Shown piece after piece: positions 12,101 through 23,064 of a DNA stretch of 64,000 nucleotides. The stretch comes from Nemertoderma westbladi. Taxonomy: Eukaryota; Animalia; Xenacoelomorpha. The stretch spans positions 36,742 to 100,741 of the forward strand of contig JAUCBJ010007231.1 in NCBI GenBank assembly GCA_032718475.1. The letters are read 5' to 3'. The notes beneath the pieces are model-generated. The model ran no database searches. It saw only the letters and a program-made list of their open reading frames with translations, and was not told the origin of the DNA. The stretch's first letter is position 1; the number at the start of each line of letters is the position of its first letter. A program made the translations under genes and the position numbers.

Positions 12101-13417
12101 GCTATATTGAATCGGTGGATTGGTCTTCATCCATTGACTGAAGTGTTTGAAAGCAGTTTTGAAATTCTACTGTATAAGCATCCTTTACAGCATTGTCAGT
12201 TCTGAGTTTCTCCCAGTCATAGTTGATTTGCTTGCTTGTCCTGGGTTTGCTGGCTCTCAAACTGAGTCTGATCTCTGCAGTCACAATTCTGTGGTCCGAA
12301 CCAATTAGGTTGAATGAGCTGTATGCCTCGCAGTTGATCATGCTGTTTCTCCACTTTTTGCTTATAAGGATAGGATGTAATACAGTTGTGCTTTGGTTCC
12401 ATTAGGATACTCTTTTCGAATGTGTTGTTTGTTGGTATCAATTCACATTCTTGCATTAGGTCTAAAAGTAAGTACCCATTTCTGTTAGAACTGGTGTTAT
12501 AGGTGTAACCCTTGATGTCTTCTGGGCCAATTTGCGCATTCAGGTCACCAGCAATGACTTTAACATTGTGTTTCGAATGTCCTCAATAAGTCCAGTCAGT
12601 TCTTCATAAAACTTGACTGCTTGTTCTGGCTCTGAGGCATTAGTTGGACTGGAGCAACATACAACTGTTGTCTTGGGATTCCCATCAAATGTTGCGATCA
12701 TAACCCTGGAATTTATCTATTCGATGTTGTTTAGGGTCTTAAGTGCAAATGGGCTTAGCAGAATTCCTACTCCACCAATTGATGCATTGGCCGAGTTTAT
12801 TACTGCTGAGCTTGTTACTAACGTCCATCCATTTCCAATGTCATTGTACTTCATGGCAGTGTCTTCATGACAAATCCGATGTTCTTGAATGCAGATGATG
12901 TCGATGTTATATTCCATTGCCAGAGCAACCATGTCACCCTGTTTGGTAAGTGCTTTCAGCGTGCGTGCATTCATTGTAGCTTTAGTGTCTTTTTACATTT
13001 CAACAGGTTGGTTCTTCTTTCTTCTCTGTCTTCTGTTCCAGTAGCCAATTTATCGACCCCAGCCTGGTGTACCACTGAGGGACGCGGTCCTTGTTGACCC
13101 GGGCGACGACCGAGCAGGTATTTCTCCTGGAGGGTTCTCATACTTATATCTTTCAGTTGCGGGAGTAAACCGCTTGTGGTCGCAACTCCTACAAGCGTCT
13201 TCGCAGTAGGTCGCCGTTGGTTGATTACCTTCCGCCGACCTTGTCAGCATGTCTAGCCGTTGGTTGATTACCTTCCGCCTATCCATGGCCTACAGCCCTG
13301 CTGCCGACTGTAGGGGTACTTTTGTTACACCCTGAGCCAAGTGTGCCTCCTGGGTTAGGTTACCTAACACTGGTAGAGGAGCATCCAGTATAGACAGGGC
13401 TGGGCTTGTATCATCTC
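12101..13417 (-). mobile_element. RTE-clade LINE 5' part (5' UTR and AP endonuclease), 3'-truncated
   Basis: NARTL, IDIICIQEHR, GGVGILLS, GSDHRIV endonuclease motifs in frameshifted ORFs; GC-rich structured UTR at 13050-13417. Confidence 0.85.
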
Positions 13418-14863
13418 TAAATAAAAGTAAAGTAAAAAACAGTATTAAAACAATTATAGTATATATATATATTACATAAAAAAATAGACTAGTCATGGAA
13501 AATTGTGTTTGTTAATGTTAGCTTTTGTGCTATGGTCCCATTCTGGAACCCATCTCCAATATTTTCCTTTCTGAAATTTTCAAAAGATTTTATAGCTCAC
13601 AAAATAAATTAATTTGCGGGAGAGTTTTTTTGGATGCTAGTCATCTTTACAGAACTATTATTAGAACTACTATTAGAAGAAGTATGGCATTTTGGTTATG
13701 TGGCCTGAAAAATACAAGTAGCACAAATTCGATTTTAATATTTTCAAAAATCAGCTTGAGTAAATTTCAAAGGTATGTCAGGTAATGGTTTAGGTAAGGG
13801 TGCACTAATTAATTATACAGTAAGCTACTATAGAACATACCAATTCCACCTTTGAGATTGAGTTTGGTAAAATGAAATTTATTCTAGAGTTAGCTATCAG
13901 TTTTACATCCATAACCAAGAGGTGTGTATCTAGTACATTTGCTCCTATGAATCAAAGTAAGAGCTATATGTTTTACAAATTCCCGTACTTCTGGTTTAGG
14001 ATTTAGGGTAAGGGTTTTTTCTGAATCCTGTCCACTGGAGATACATTAGTATGTGTTCCTCTTTCCAGTATCCCTAGACCAGACTGATATGGTAATTGTT
14101 GAATTGATGAATAAGGCGCTGATTGAGCCACAGTACCACTACAGGGTAGACGGAGGTGATAATTACGGCCACTTACTCCTATAATAAATCCAGTCCGGTC
14201 CCATAATTTAGTCTTTGTATCCAGTATGTATACAGGTGTACAAACTAATAAGGGTTTGAGAGGACGGTTTTAGACGTTCGGGGGTGTGGTCACCCTAGTA
14301 TCAAGAAAATCTAGGTTTGTAGTCCACTGATGTATGAAATTGTTGTGATGAGAAGGCACACATGTCCTGGTTTGATGTCCTAAAACAAGTTTGGCTGGTG
14401 AAAATCCATGTGTATGAGGGTTGCGTAGTAATTCTTTATGGAAAAGATCAGTTTGTATGTCCCCCATTGTTTGATGCTGTAGCTACCAGGTGTATGAGTG
14501 TTTTGACTGATGACTCCGCCAGACCATTCATTACTTTGGGGAAAATGTGTAGCAGAGAAACATTGAGTAACTCCCCAATCTCCCCAATGATTGGGTTTCT
14601 GCAGAGTCGAATAGTGGGCCTCCATCAGTATGTAATTTAAATGGGGATTCCGAGATTACTGAAAAAACGATGAAGTACTCTGCAACTTTCTCAGAATTTG
14701 GGTCATAACGACCAAAATCATGAATTCAGGCCATCCAGAAAATTGATCCACATATGCCAAGTAATGAAAGCCAGTGTATGAAAAAGATCTGCACCAACTT
14801 CCTCAAATGGGCGAGATTTTTGGGGGTCAGAAATGAGTGGTTCTGCTGGCAAGTAGGCAAATA

Positions 14864-16020
14864 GGGTGATGGTAACTCCACCTACTGGCTCCAGAAGTCG
14901 AGGAAATCCTGCCAAGTACCTAACTGATCTAGACTTTGCTGATGACTTAGGAGTACTCTCAGAATCACTAGAGGAAGCCAAACGGCTCCTCAGCTCATTA
15001 GAACAGGTTCCACCTTGGTGTAGTGGTTGCATTGAATTCCCATCTCCTGTAGGTCGTGGTTTCGATCCTCACATGGGCCAGGGCAGTTTTCGTTTCGGCA
15101 CGAATGCTTTAAAGGGACCAGCCAGGGCTCATCTCTGCCTTGCATCCTTAAGTGTTAGCTAAATGAGTAGTAGAGTTTCCTCTGGGGAGTAAAGTTCTGG
15201 GGGGATCGCACTGGAAATAAGTCGTCAGACTTTGTGCGTAATCCCTGGCCAAGCGGCCGAAGAAAATTTACTTTTTTACTTTAACAGGCTGCTTCTAGTG
15301 TTGGTCTTTTTATTAACTCCAAAAAGACCAAAATGTTGACAGTTAACTTTGAAAGTCCTCAGCAAGTCTCTGACCGGATGAGCATAGGCTCAAAGGATGG
15401 TATGCTTGAGCATGTGGACGACTTCTGTTACCTGGGATCATGGATCTGGAAGTCAGGTGAGGACCTTCGAATAAGTAAGGGAAATGCATGGGCAGCCTTG
15501 AATATGCTTTCCAGGATTTCCAGGAGGAAGTCACAGAGAATTAATCGGTAACTTAAGGTCCTATTATTTAGAGCAGCAGTAGTTCCAGTACTCCTGAGGA
15601 CACCAAATCTCTGAATGGCAGATTCACAAGAATGCTACATCGGGTTCATTGTGTCAAGTACAATGCACACATCTCCAACCAGACACTATATAACATTTGA
15701 GGTGTCTCATTGGTTCCCCCAAGCTTGATACTAAAACAAAGTCGCCTCCACTTTGCAGGACATTGCTTTTGCTGTGAGGACCAGCCAGTGCATAATCTTG
15801 TGCTTTGACAACCTCATAGACTGAATAAGCATGGTGGATAGCCCATGACTTTCTTCAGACGGATCTTAAAGGACACTGACCTTGAAGATGCGGATGATCT
15901 AGCAAATGTCATGGATGATAGGGAGTTGTGGCAGCACAATTTTTATCGACAAGCCAGCACAGCATTCTTAAAAATGCAGCTGGTAATGCAGCATGCCGAT
16001 CCTAGTAGTAGTAGTACTCT
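14864..16020 (+). mobile_element. 5'-truncated RTE family A copy with TSD
   Basis: DLDFADD, DFCYLGSW; (tag)n tail; ggcaaata at 14856-14863 and 16021-16028. Confidence 0.9.
15006..15282 (+). mobile_element. tRNA-derived SINE, copy 2, inserted in an RTE
   Basis: Pol III A and B boxes; TSD aacagg at 15002 and 15283; empty site ttagaacaggctgc visible in the paralogous RTE at ~42220. Confidence 0.92.
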
Positions 16021-16859
16021 GGCAAATAAGGTTTACGTTATTTGCATAACATCCCAATTGAGTTTATAATATCGGATGATAGGCCGGGCCAAAAAACAGT
16101 ATGTTGGGCCCATTTAGAGAGTTCAATCCCTTGATGGGATTGATGTAAGAGTCTAGAATGTGGTGACATTGTGACTGGTATGGCAATACGAGATAAATAC
16201 AAGACAAGTCATCATAAACTGACAATTAATCTTGCACTTTCCAATATGGTTGTAAATCGCAAACTAAATTAGTTAACTTTGTAGGGAATCCCTCTTGGAT
16301 TAGATCAATAAGCTGCTGGTACATTTTAGCAGCATCTTTTATGTGTGGGATGTTAGGGTCATTGAGTGAGGAATGAGGGCTATTATCTGTTATTGCATTG
16401 ACAGTTGAATTAATATGTTCAGAAATATTATTGTTGACCTGCTCAATATCAATATCCTCTGGTATGGGGTTCCTGACTGGAGCACAAGAAAGTGCATTAG
16501 GTATATAATGAACTTTACCTTTCTTCCACTTTCCATGGAATGCATATGGTATACGTTTTTCATTGAGATGCCTTAACCTTGGATTCTCAATGTTGTCTAA
16601 AGTTTTGTCATTAAGAATTTGTTATGGTCACCCACAATAGTGAAATAAGGAATGCCAAAGGTATATGTGGCATTTCTTTACAGCCCATGGGATGGTAAGA
16701 GTTTCAAGTTCAATAACTGTGTATCACGATTCCGTGTCTGTAGGGATCGATATCCATACTGGATAAGATTAAGATGACCTGAGCATGTTTGCTGTAATAA
16801 AGCAAAACCGAGTCCTTTTATATGAGAAGCATTAGTATGTAGTTCTACTGGAAGCAGTT

Positions 16860-17960
16860 CGTGTCAACGATAAACTTCAATCTCGGGAAGTTTGTCCATT
16901 GAAATGGTAGAGAACATTGGTCCATAAGGTATTCTGCTTCTATGCGACGTATTGCCTTGCCGGTCTGTTTCGGTTCCAGCATTTTTGCTGTTGGCATATG
17001 TTCATTTGAATCGTCTGACTGGAGATAATACTGTCGAATTGATTTCATTATCTTCTTGTTGGGCCCCGGCCTGAGTACCCGATGAACAGTCTTCAAAGCT
17101 TTCATATATATTTGAAGGTGATTCCATGATTAGGTACATGTGTAAAGCAATCATGCACAGCACTATTGAGACTGTATTATCTGGAGAATTCGGTATTGTT
17201 GTAAGTCAAAGGCACAATCGAGAGACCATACTGAATGTATTTTCTACTACCCTTTGTGCTCTACATAATCTGTAATTATATACACATTCTTGTTCGATAT
17301 CGGAAGTTCTCGCATAACATTTCATCATGCCCGAGTTTAATGCAAAAGCAACATCTCCAACAAAGTGGTATGGAGTGGCTGGCAATCCTTGAGTAATTAG
17401 AGCAGGTTCTGGAATAGATCCATCTCTGGCCTCTAAAAGACATTAGATCAACTTGAAAGGGATACTGAACTTGGGAGAAACGAAATTGCGACAACTATGG
17501 AGAATGGGGAAGCCTGGAAGGATCTCATTTCCACTGTCCGAGTTCGCTCGACCTAGTAGTAGTAGTAGTAGTAAAAGACATTTAATATGTGATTGATTGA
17601 AAATGGATGTGTCTCCCACTGACCATGCGTTACCTAACTTATAGGCAATATTCTTCCTTATGCATCTGCTGCGACAAGTAGTATGATTGAGAAATATTTT
17701 TTGAAATTAAAGTATTTGGCTTTATATTTCTAATGTGTTCTATGTCAACTGGATCTAAACAGTGAGGAAATTGTCACATGGAATTAAAATCAGATGCCAT
17801 CTGAAACCACTTTGATTTTGATCTCGGCGATAAAGTATATGACTTTAAAACTGTCGACATTGCCTCGCACATAACGTGTATGCACGTGCAAATAAATGGA
17901 ATGCTAACCCGATATTCGTGTGATAGCCCGATAGGAAGCACATCCACTTATGTACCACAA
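16860..17960 (-). pseudogene. PIF/Harbinger DDE transposase remnant
   Basis: FPHCLDPVDIEHI, PYHFVGDVAFAL, YNYRLCRAQRVVENTFS and C-terminal IRRIEAEYL..LPFQW match Harbinger motifs. Confidence 0.85.
17445..17571 (+). mobile_element. Very short RTE family B 3' end
   Basis: Almost identical to 44352-44472; (tag)n tail; 11-bp TSD taaaagacatt at 17434 and 17572. Confidence 0.92.
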
Positions 17961-18859
17961 CAAAATCTGAAGTCTGGTCTTCATTGGTATTCTTGGTAGA
18001 CCCAGTGGTGGCTTGTTTATTGTTTGGATTTGGAAAAAGCGTCTAGCATAATATATATCAGTGGTTAATTTGACTACTTTGAGTAGTCTGGTACATGAGA
18101 TAACGGTATGTGCACCGGGAATAAATACAATTTTAGTTAATGTATATATCTATCACCGGACGATTGATCGTTAAAAGTTTCAGATGAAACAGTAGCTCAC
18201 CCCATTCCATTATAGTTTTTAATTAGTTGATCTAAACGTAATCAACTTATTAAAATGCCCTGTCTCCAGCTATAGCTCCCTCCTTCGTTGGCATGCTTGC
18301 AATAGCAAGCATGCCTAGCATGTCTAGCCTAGCTCGGAAGGGGAACCAGTCCAACCACACCTCACCTCTAATCAAAGGCAGCATTGTAATGAGCCAGACT
18401 AATAAGCCAGCTCGGTTATTGTGTTTAGCTTACAAAATGATTGGCCTAGAACTTCATCATGATCCTTCAGAATAATTAGCTAAATAATTTCGTTGAGGTA
18501 TTGGTTGACATGAGAAATTAATATTTCAGTATCAATACTATCAGCATAAGGTAAATTTTAATATTTCTTACAAATTGGGTCGCCTCCACGCCTAAAATAT
18601 TTAATATATTACTTTATGAGTTTAACATGTTACCAATAACATGAGTTTATTGATTTCTTTGTTGGTTAAGTAAATTAAATAACATGCGATCTTTAATTAT
18701 TTTTGCTAGAAATTTTTGCTGTTTCTATATTTGTGAATCGCTTCCAGTAGTATTTTGTGTTATATTAAAAATAAATATAACATATTACTTTTAAAACACA
18801 AATTTGTTTATTATTATGATTATTATCATTATTTTATGTTAATACCTCTGGCTGTCATC

Positions 18860-19110
18860 AATCCTGTGTGCGCCTTTGGGTTGGGTTAGTGAAGTTTAAG
18901 AGGGAGGTTAAGAGGGGAGGGAGGCTTTTCCCTCTCTTTGATTTACTGGTGTTTGGTTAAATTTCTTAGATATCGAGTTTGTGATACAGTAGAATCGCTC
19001 ATTAATCTGTATCCCATACCTGAGCGTCGTGCTGCGCGAAGGCCCCACGAACGTGTTGCTCAGTTATTGTAGATTTATCTTTCTTTATAGAAACAGCCGC
19101 ATTGCGCCGG
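18860..19110 (-). repeat. Dispersed non-coding repeat, homologous to 53680-53850 (+)
   Basis: Shared blocks cacgttcgtgggg.cttcgcgcagcacga, actgtatcacaaa, agaaattta and aatcaaaga in the same order. Confidence 0.6.
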
Positions 19111-19935
19111 CAGGTGTGTTTTACTGCTCTGTAATAATTAATAATTAATAATTAATTTTTATTTAATCCTTCAGAACAATGGAAGCTACGATAACTAATC
19201 TGACCTACTTCGTTTATCTATTATTATCCTATCATAAGGTTTACCAATCCATCACAATTTCAAGTTCAATGCACTCATGTCCATACACTGTTCTCTGGAA
19301 GTACCATTAAATTATTAATTACGAATTATAATTTGTGTAAGAAATCAGCATCATGTGTAAGAAAAAACACCTGCATTGTTGCTATGGTGATTGTTGTTAC
19401 TATCAGAAATGAAACATATCATATTAATACAATTATCCAACTTACAATAAAGTTTATCACTAAATAACAGTGAATGTTTAACGAATGATGGTGTTTTATA
19501 TTATTATAATATACAGAGTTAAATAATAATAATAAAACAACATTATAATATTGTAAAACTTAACAATCTTATTATAAGTATTCTCTGATTTTTTGTTATT
19601 GTCGATTTGATATATGTGTCTAACAAAAACGATTTTTAGTTATTCTTTTTACTTTCACGAACTCAAAGTATTTTTATCGTCTCTTTATTTCATTTCACTT
19701 TATTTCATGGTGTCCGACCTTTTAAACGCTCTTTTATTACCTCACTCCCGGAATTTCCGTTTGTTTCTTATATATATATATATATGTTTATTGACTAATA
19801 TCCGACAAAAGACATTATTATCATTAAATATTTGACATATTATGAAATATAAACTTAGTGAAACTAAATAACTTTAGATCTAAAATTAGTCCCTTCAAAT
19901 TAGTAACTTGAAAATGTCCCAGTTATTGTCTCGAG

Positions 19936-21954
19936 TTAGTGTCTTTGCAGTTCTTTGAAAATTTCAGAAATTATTTTGACGATTCTTTCCCCGTTGTTTA
20001 TTAACATAAATTCTGCTACCGTGGAGTAGGATTTTCCCCCCAATATATCTTTCGTCAGTGAACAACCCGATAACACGTGTAATTCGTTCTGTACCGACGA
20101 TCCATCACATTTGCAGACTCGTTCTTCTCTAGGTACACGTGTCCACCTTCCTGTCTCTACCCTTAAGCGATGCGCGCTTAAACGAAATCTTGTAAAATCG
20201 ATCCTGTTCTGCTCGTGTATGTACGGTTTCTGCTGATTATATACCTTGTGGATAGTTAGATTAGGGTTTATTTCCAGGTAAGTTGCCAATTTAGTGTGGA
20301 TATGTGCAGTATCTTTAATTCTACTCTTCAAACCATTAATATTTCTAGCTATTATATTACCTTCCGTCAGTTCTAACTTATTTAGATATTTAAAAGCGCG
20401 GGTGTTCCCTGTTTTTGCCAGATGATACGCGATGTGTGCAGGATCTTCTCGGTGCCACGATTTCTTGAGTCTTCGGATAGAGTTTCTAATATTATTGTCG
20501 ATAACGGATCCTACCTCGGCCATACCAATCTCTGTATAGCACAGCACATTTGGTGTTGTTGTTTTAACGCCTAAAAGTATTTTTATCAGTTTACTATATA
20601 TCTTTTCAATTTCCTTTCTCCCCCGTATTGCTAACCAGGTATCGCTGGAATACAGTATCGCTGCCGTTACAGCACAGTCAAGCACCTTTTTCTTTAGACA
20701 GAAAGGCATATTTGGATTGCTGGCACAAAATGCTGCAAACTTGGCTACCTGTTTTTTACTTTCACCTGCGTGTAAATTTATCACTGATTCTATTCTACCA
20801 TCCTGTGTGAAGAAACCACCCAGGTAAACATATTTATCTGTATTAATTATTTGTACACTTCCGCATAACAACGGTTGTTTATCAGCTATAAATCCATTTA
20901 TGACCATGAACTTACTCTTCTTTTCATTGATTACCATATTATGTGACCTACAGAATTTATCTAAAATATTTAGCTTTTCTATACAACTCTCTCGGTTCTC
21001 AGCTAAAATAGCAGTATCGTCCATGAACAGGAGAAGATGCAAGGCTCCTAGGTATGTGTTAGTAGATGTTAGTGAATCAAACATGGCGACTAGGACATCA
21101 ATGTAAAGAGTGAATAGAAATAAACTTGATGGCGCTCCTTGACGCAAACCGCTGTCGACACGAATATCAATTGATCTAAGGTTTAAAAACGTTGTCCTAT
21201 ATATTGCTTTTATTGCGTTAATCATATTAAATCCACAACCGAGAAAAAGTAACTTGGATATAAGAGTAGACCTAGAGACTCTATCATAGGCTTTACTGAA
21301 GTCAATGAAGATGATGAATAGTTTCTTGTTCTTGGTGTAAGCATAATCGACAACCAAGCGTAGAGCAAGTATCTGTTCATAACATGATCTCCCTTTTTGA
21401 CCGCCCGCTTGAGCTCTTGACTGTTTGTACCATCTCACTAGTCTGTTCGCTAAAACGTAGTCATAAATCTTTGCTAGAGAGTCCATAATCGTGATTCCAC
21501 GGTAATTGTTACAGTTAAAACGATCACCTGTTTTATACAAAATACTTAATAAGCTATATGCCCAAACTGCCGGTAAGCATCCGAATATGAATATCGCATT
21601 CAATATAAATGTAATAAATACCACAATATTCACTGGTAGATCCTTCCAAAGAGGTGATGAAATTCCTAGCGCTGCCTTGTTCGCTTTTATTGAGTTTATC
21701 GCCTCGTCCACTTCCTGTGGTTGTATCGGGTCATCCAGGAGTGGTATAACTGGAGCCTGTGAGGTGTCAATATCGTCTACGGTATCCCCTTGATTATACA
21801 GAAGACTCTCAAAATGGTCTTTAAATTCATCGTCGGTGGGTTTGTCGATATCATCAGCTTTATCTCCAAGTTTGCCATTCCAATTTATGGCGCGCCAAAC
21901 AGATTTTGAATCCTTCGTTAGCAACAATACACCGATTACACCGAATACATCCAC
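19936..21954 (-). CDS. Non-LTR RT ORF (RTEX-like, 5'-truncated, 672 aa without stops)
   Basis: NYRGIT, FIDFSKAYD, GLRQGAPSS, FMDD, YVYLG; C-terminal RLSAHRLRVETGRW..C.C..H...C zinc knuckle. Confidence 0.88.
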   Translation of the reverse strand: MDVFGVIGVLLLTKDSKSVWRAINWNGKLGDKADDIDKPTDDEFKDHFESLLYNQGDTVDDIDTSQAPVIPLLDDPIQPQEVDEAINSIKANKAALGISSPLWKDLPVNIVVFITFILNAIFIFGCLPAVWAYSLLSILYKTGDRFNCNNYRGITIMDSLAKIYDYVLANRLVRWYKQSRAQAGGQKGRSCYEQILALRLVVDYAYTKNKKLFIIFIDFSKAYDRVSRSTLISKLLFLGCGFNMINAIKAIYRTTFLNLRSIDIRVDSGLRQGAPSSLFLFTLYIDVLVAMFDSLTSTNTYLGALHLLLFMDDTAILAENRESCIEKLNILDKFCRSHNMVINEKKSKFMVINGFIADKQPLLCGSVQIINTDKYVYLGGFFTQDGRIESVINLHAGESKKQVAKFAAFCASNPNMPFCLKKKVLDCAVTAAILYSSDTWLAIRGRKEIEKIYSKLIKILLGVKTTTPNVLCYTEIGMAEVGSVIDNNIRNSIRRLKKSWHREDPAHIAYHLAKTGNTRAFKYLNKLELTEGNIIARNINGLKSRIKDTAHIHTKLATYLEINPNLTIHKVYNQQKPYIHEQNRIDFTRFRLSAHRLRVETGRWTRVPREERVCKCDGSSVQNELHVLSGCSLTKDILGGKSYSTVAEFMLINNGERIVKIISEIFKELQRH

Positions 21955-22048
21955 CGATTCCCTTGTTCAAGTACAGTAGGTTAATAACCTCTCATACGTT
22001 TAATTAATGGTGCTAATAACTTCAAATACCAAATTAATCATCTATTAA

Positions 22049-23040
22049 CCCTAATTCGGCTGGCACTTCTTGGATGGTCGTCACGAGGCCGTATTTCGGG
22101 GAAAGATTTTTCAACTTCTAATAACTTTGTACTGGTTGCACAAAACTCAACAAAATTTGGTGTACGTGTAATTGTGCTATCTACAAACTGGTTTGAAAAA
22201 AATTGGAAATGAAAGTTTCAGTTTTGGGTGCAAAAACAGCGCACCAAAATGGCTAGTCATCAAAAATTTAGAGTTTCTTCAAATTCATTTCCCCAATGAA
22301 ATAGAAACACTAAACTACTCTTTTCAGGTTTTTAGCAATTGGTATGAACAAATTATTGATTTCAACAAAAAATATCGGTGTTTTTCGAAAGTGTTTGGGT
22401 GTGAAAAGTGCAAGTAAGTTCAAAATTTCGCAATTTGATAAGTTTATTATTTTAGGATAATTCGCAGCGCTGTGGGGTTATTGCTATGCTAATTTCATTC
22501 GAACAAAAATCCAGTTGTTCAGGATTCCAGAAAGCGCATTTTTCGGTGAAATTTTGAAATGAAAAATGCAAGTAAGTTCAAAAGTTTTTATTAGCTCAGA
22601 CACTGAGACTTTTCTTTAAAAACTAATATAAAATATGAAAAGTGCTGGCTATTTGTATTTTTCGTCCACTGACACCCATAAAAGTACCAATCACACTGTA
22701 GATTCGAAAACCCAAAAGTAAAGTGAAAGGTAAGAGTTTATACACTATTTCAAAATATGAAAGGTGCTGGCTACTTGTATTTTTCGTCCCCTGACACCCA
22801 ATTTAGAAAATGCTATCGTCTTTTGTATATAAGAAATGAAATCTCAGCGCATTCAAAAAATGAATAGGAATCAAGATAAAGGCAAAGTAATATTATATTT
22901 CAAAACTTGAAACTTCGAGCTACTTGCACATTTGGTGCACTTCTGGTAAACAGTAAAATTTTTAATTTTTAATCAAAAATTGTGATTAAATGCATTGCCG
23001 ATAGACGAGTAGATGCAGAACAAAAGGTAAGACTTTCGGC
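22049..23040. mobile_element. One-ended TTAA-type non-autonomous DNA transposon fragment
   Basis: TTAA+CCCT start at 22045-22052; internal ~120-bp duplication; no matching right end found. Confidence 0.35.
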
Positions 23041-23064
23041 ACTCGAGAGTATGATGGAGGGATT

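Larger units (their letters stand above)
14100..16845 (-). mobile_element. Degenerate Gypsy pol fragment (RNase H and integrase), interrupted by an RTE at 14864-16020
   Basis: KGLGFALLQ, IELETL, TLDNIENPRL, WKKGKVHYIPNALS, PFEEVGADLF and PQSNE remnants. Confidence 0.8.

Noticed and set aside
10996-12141. 381-aa ORF as a novel gene
   Set aside because: Chance in-frame fusion of a SINE edge, a CR1-type RT C-terminus and an RTE RT N-terminus (junction ~11378).
15006-15085. tRNA gene
   Set aside because: No complete cloverleaf; it is the head of a SINE with body, tail and TSD.
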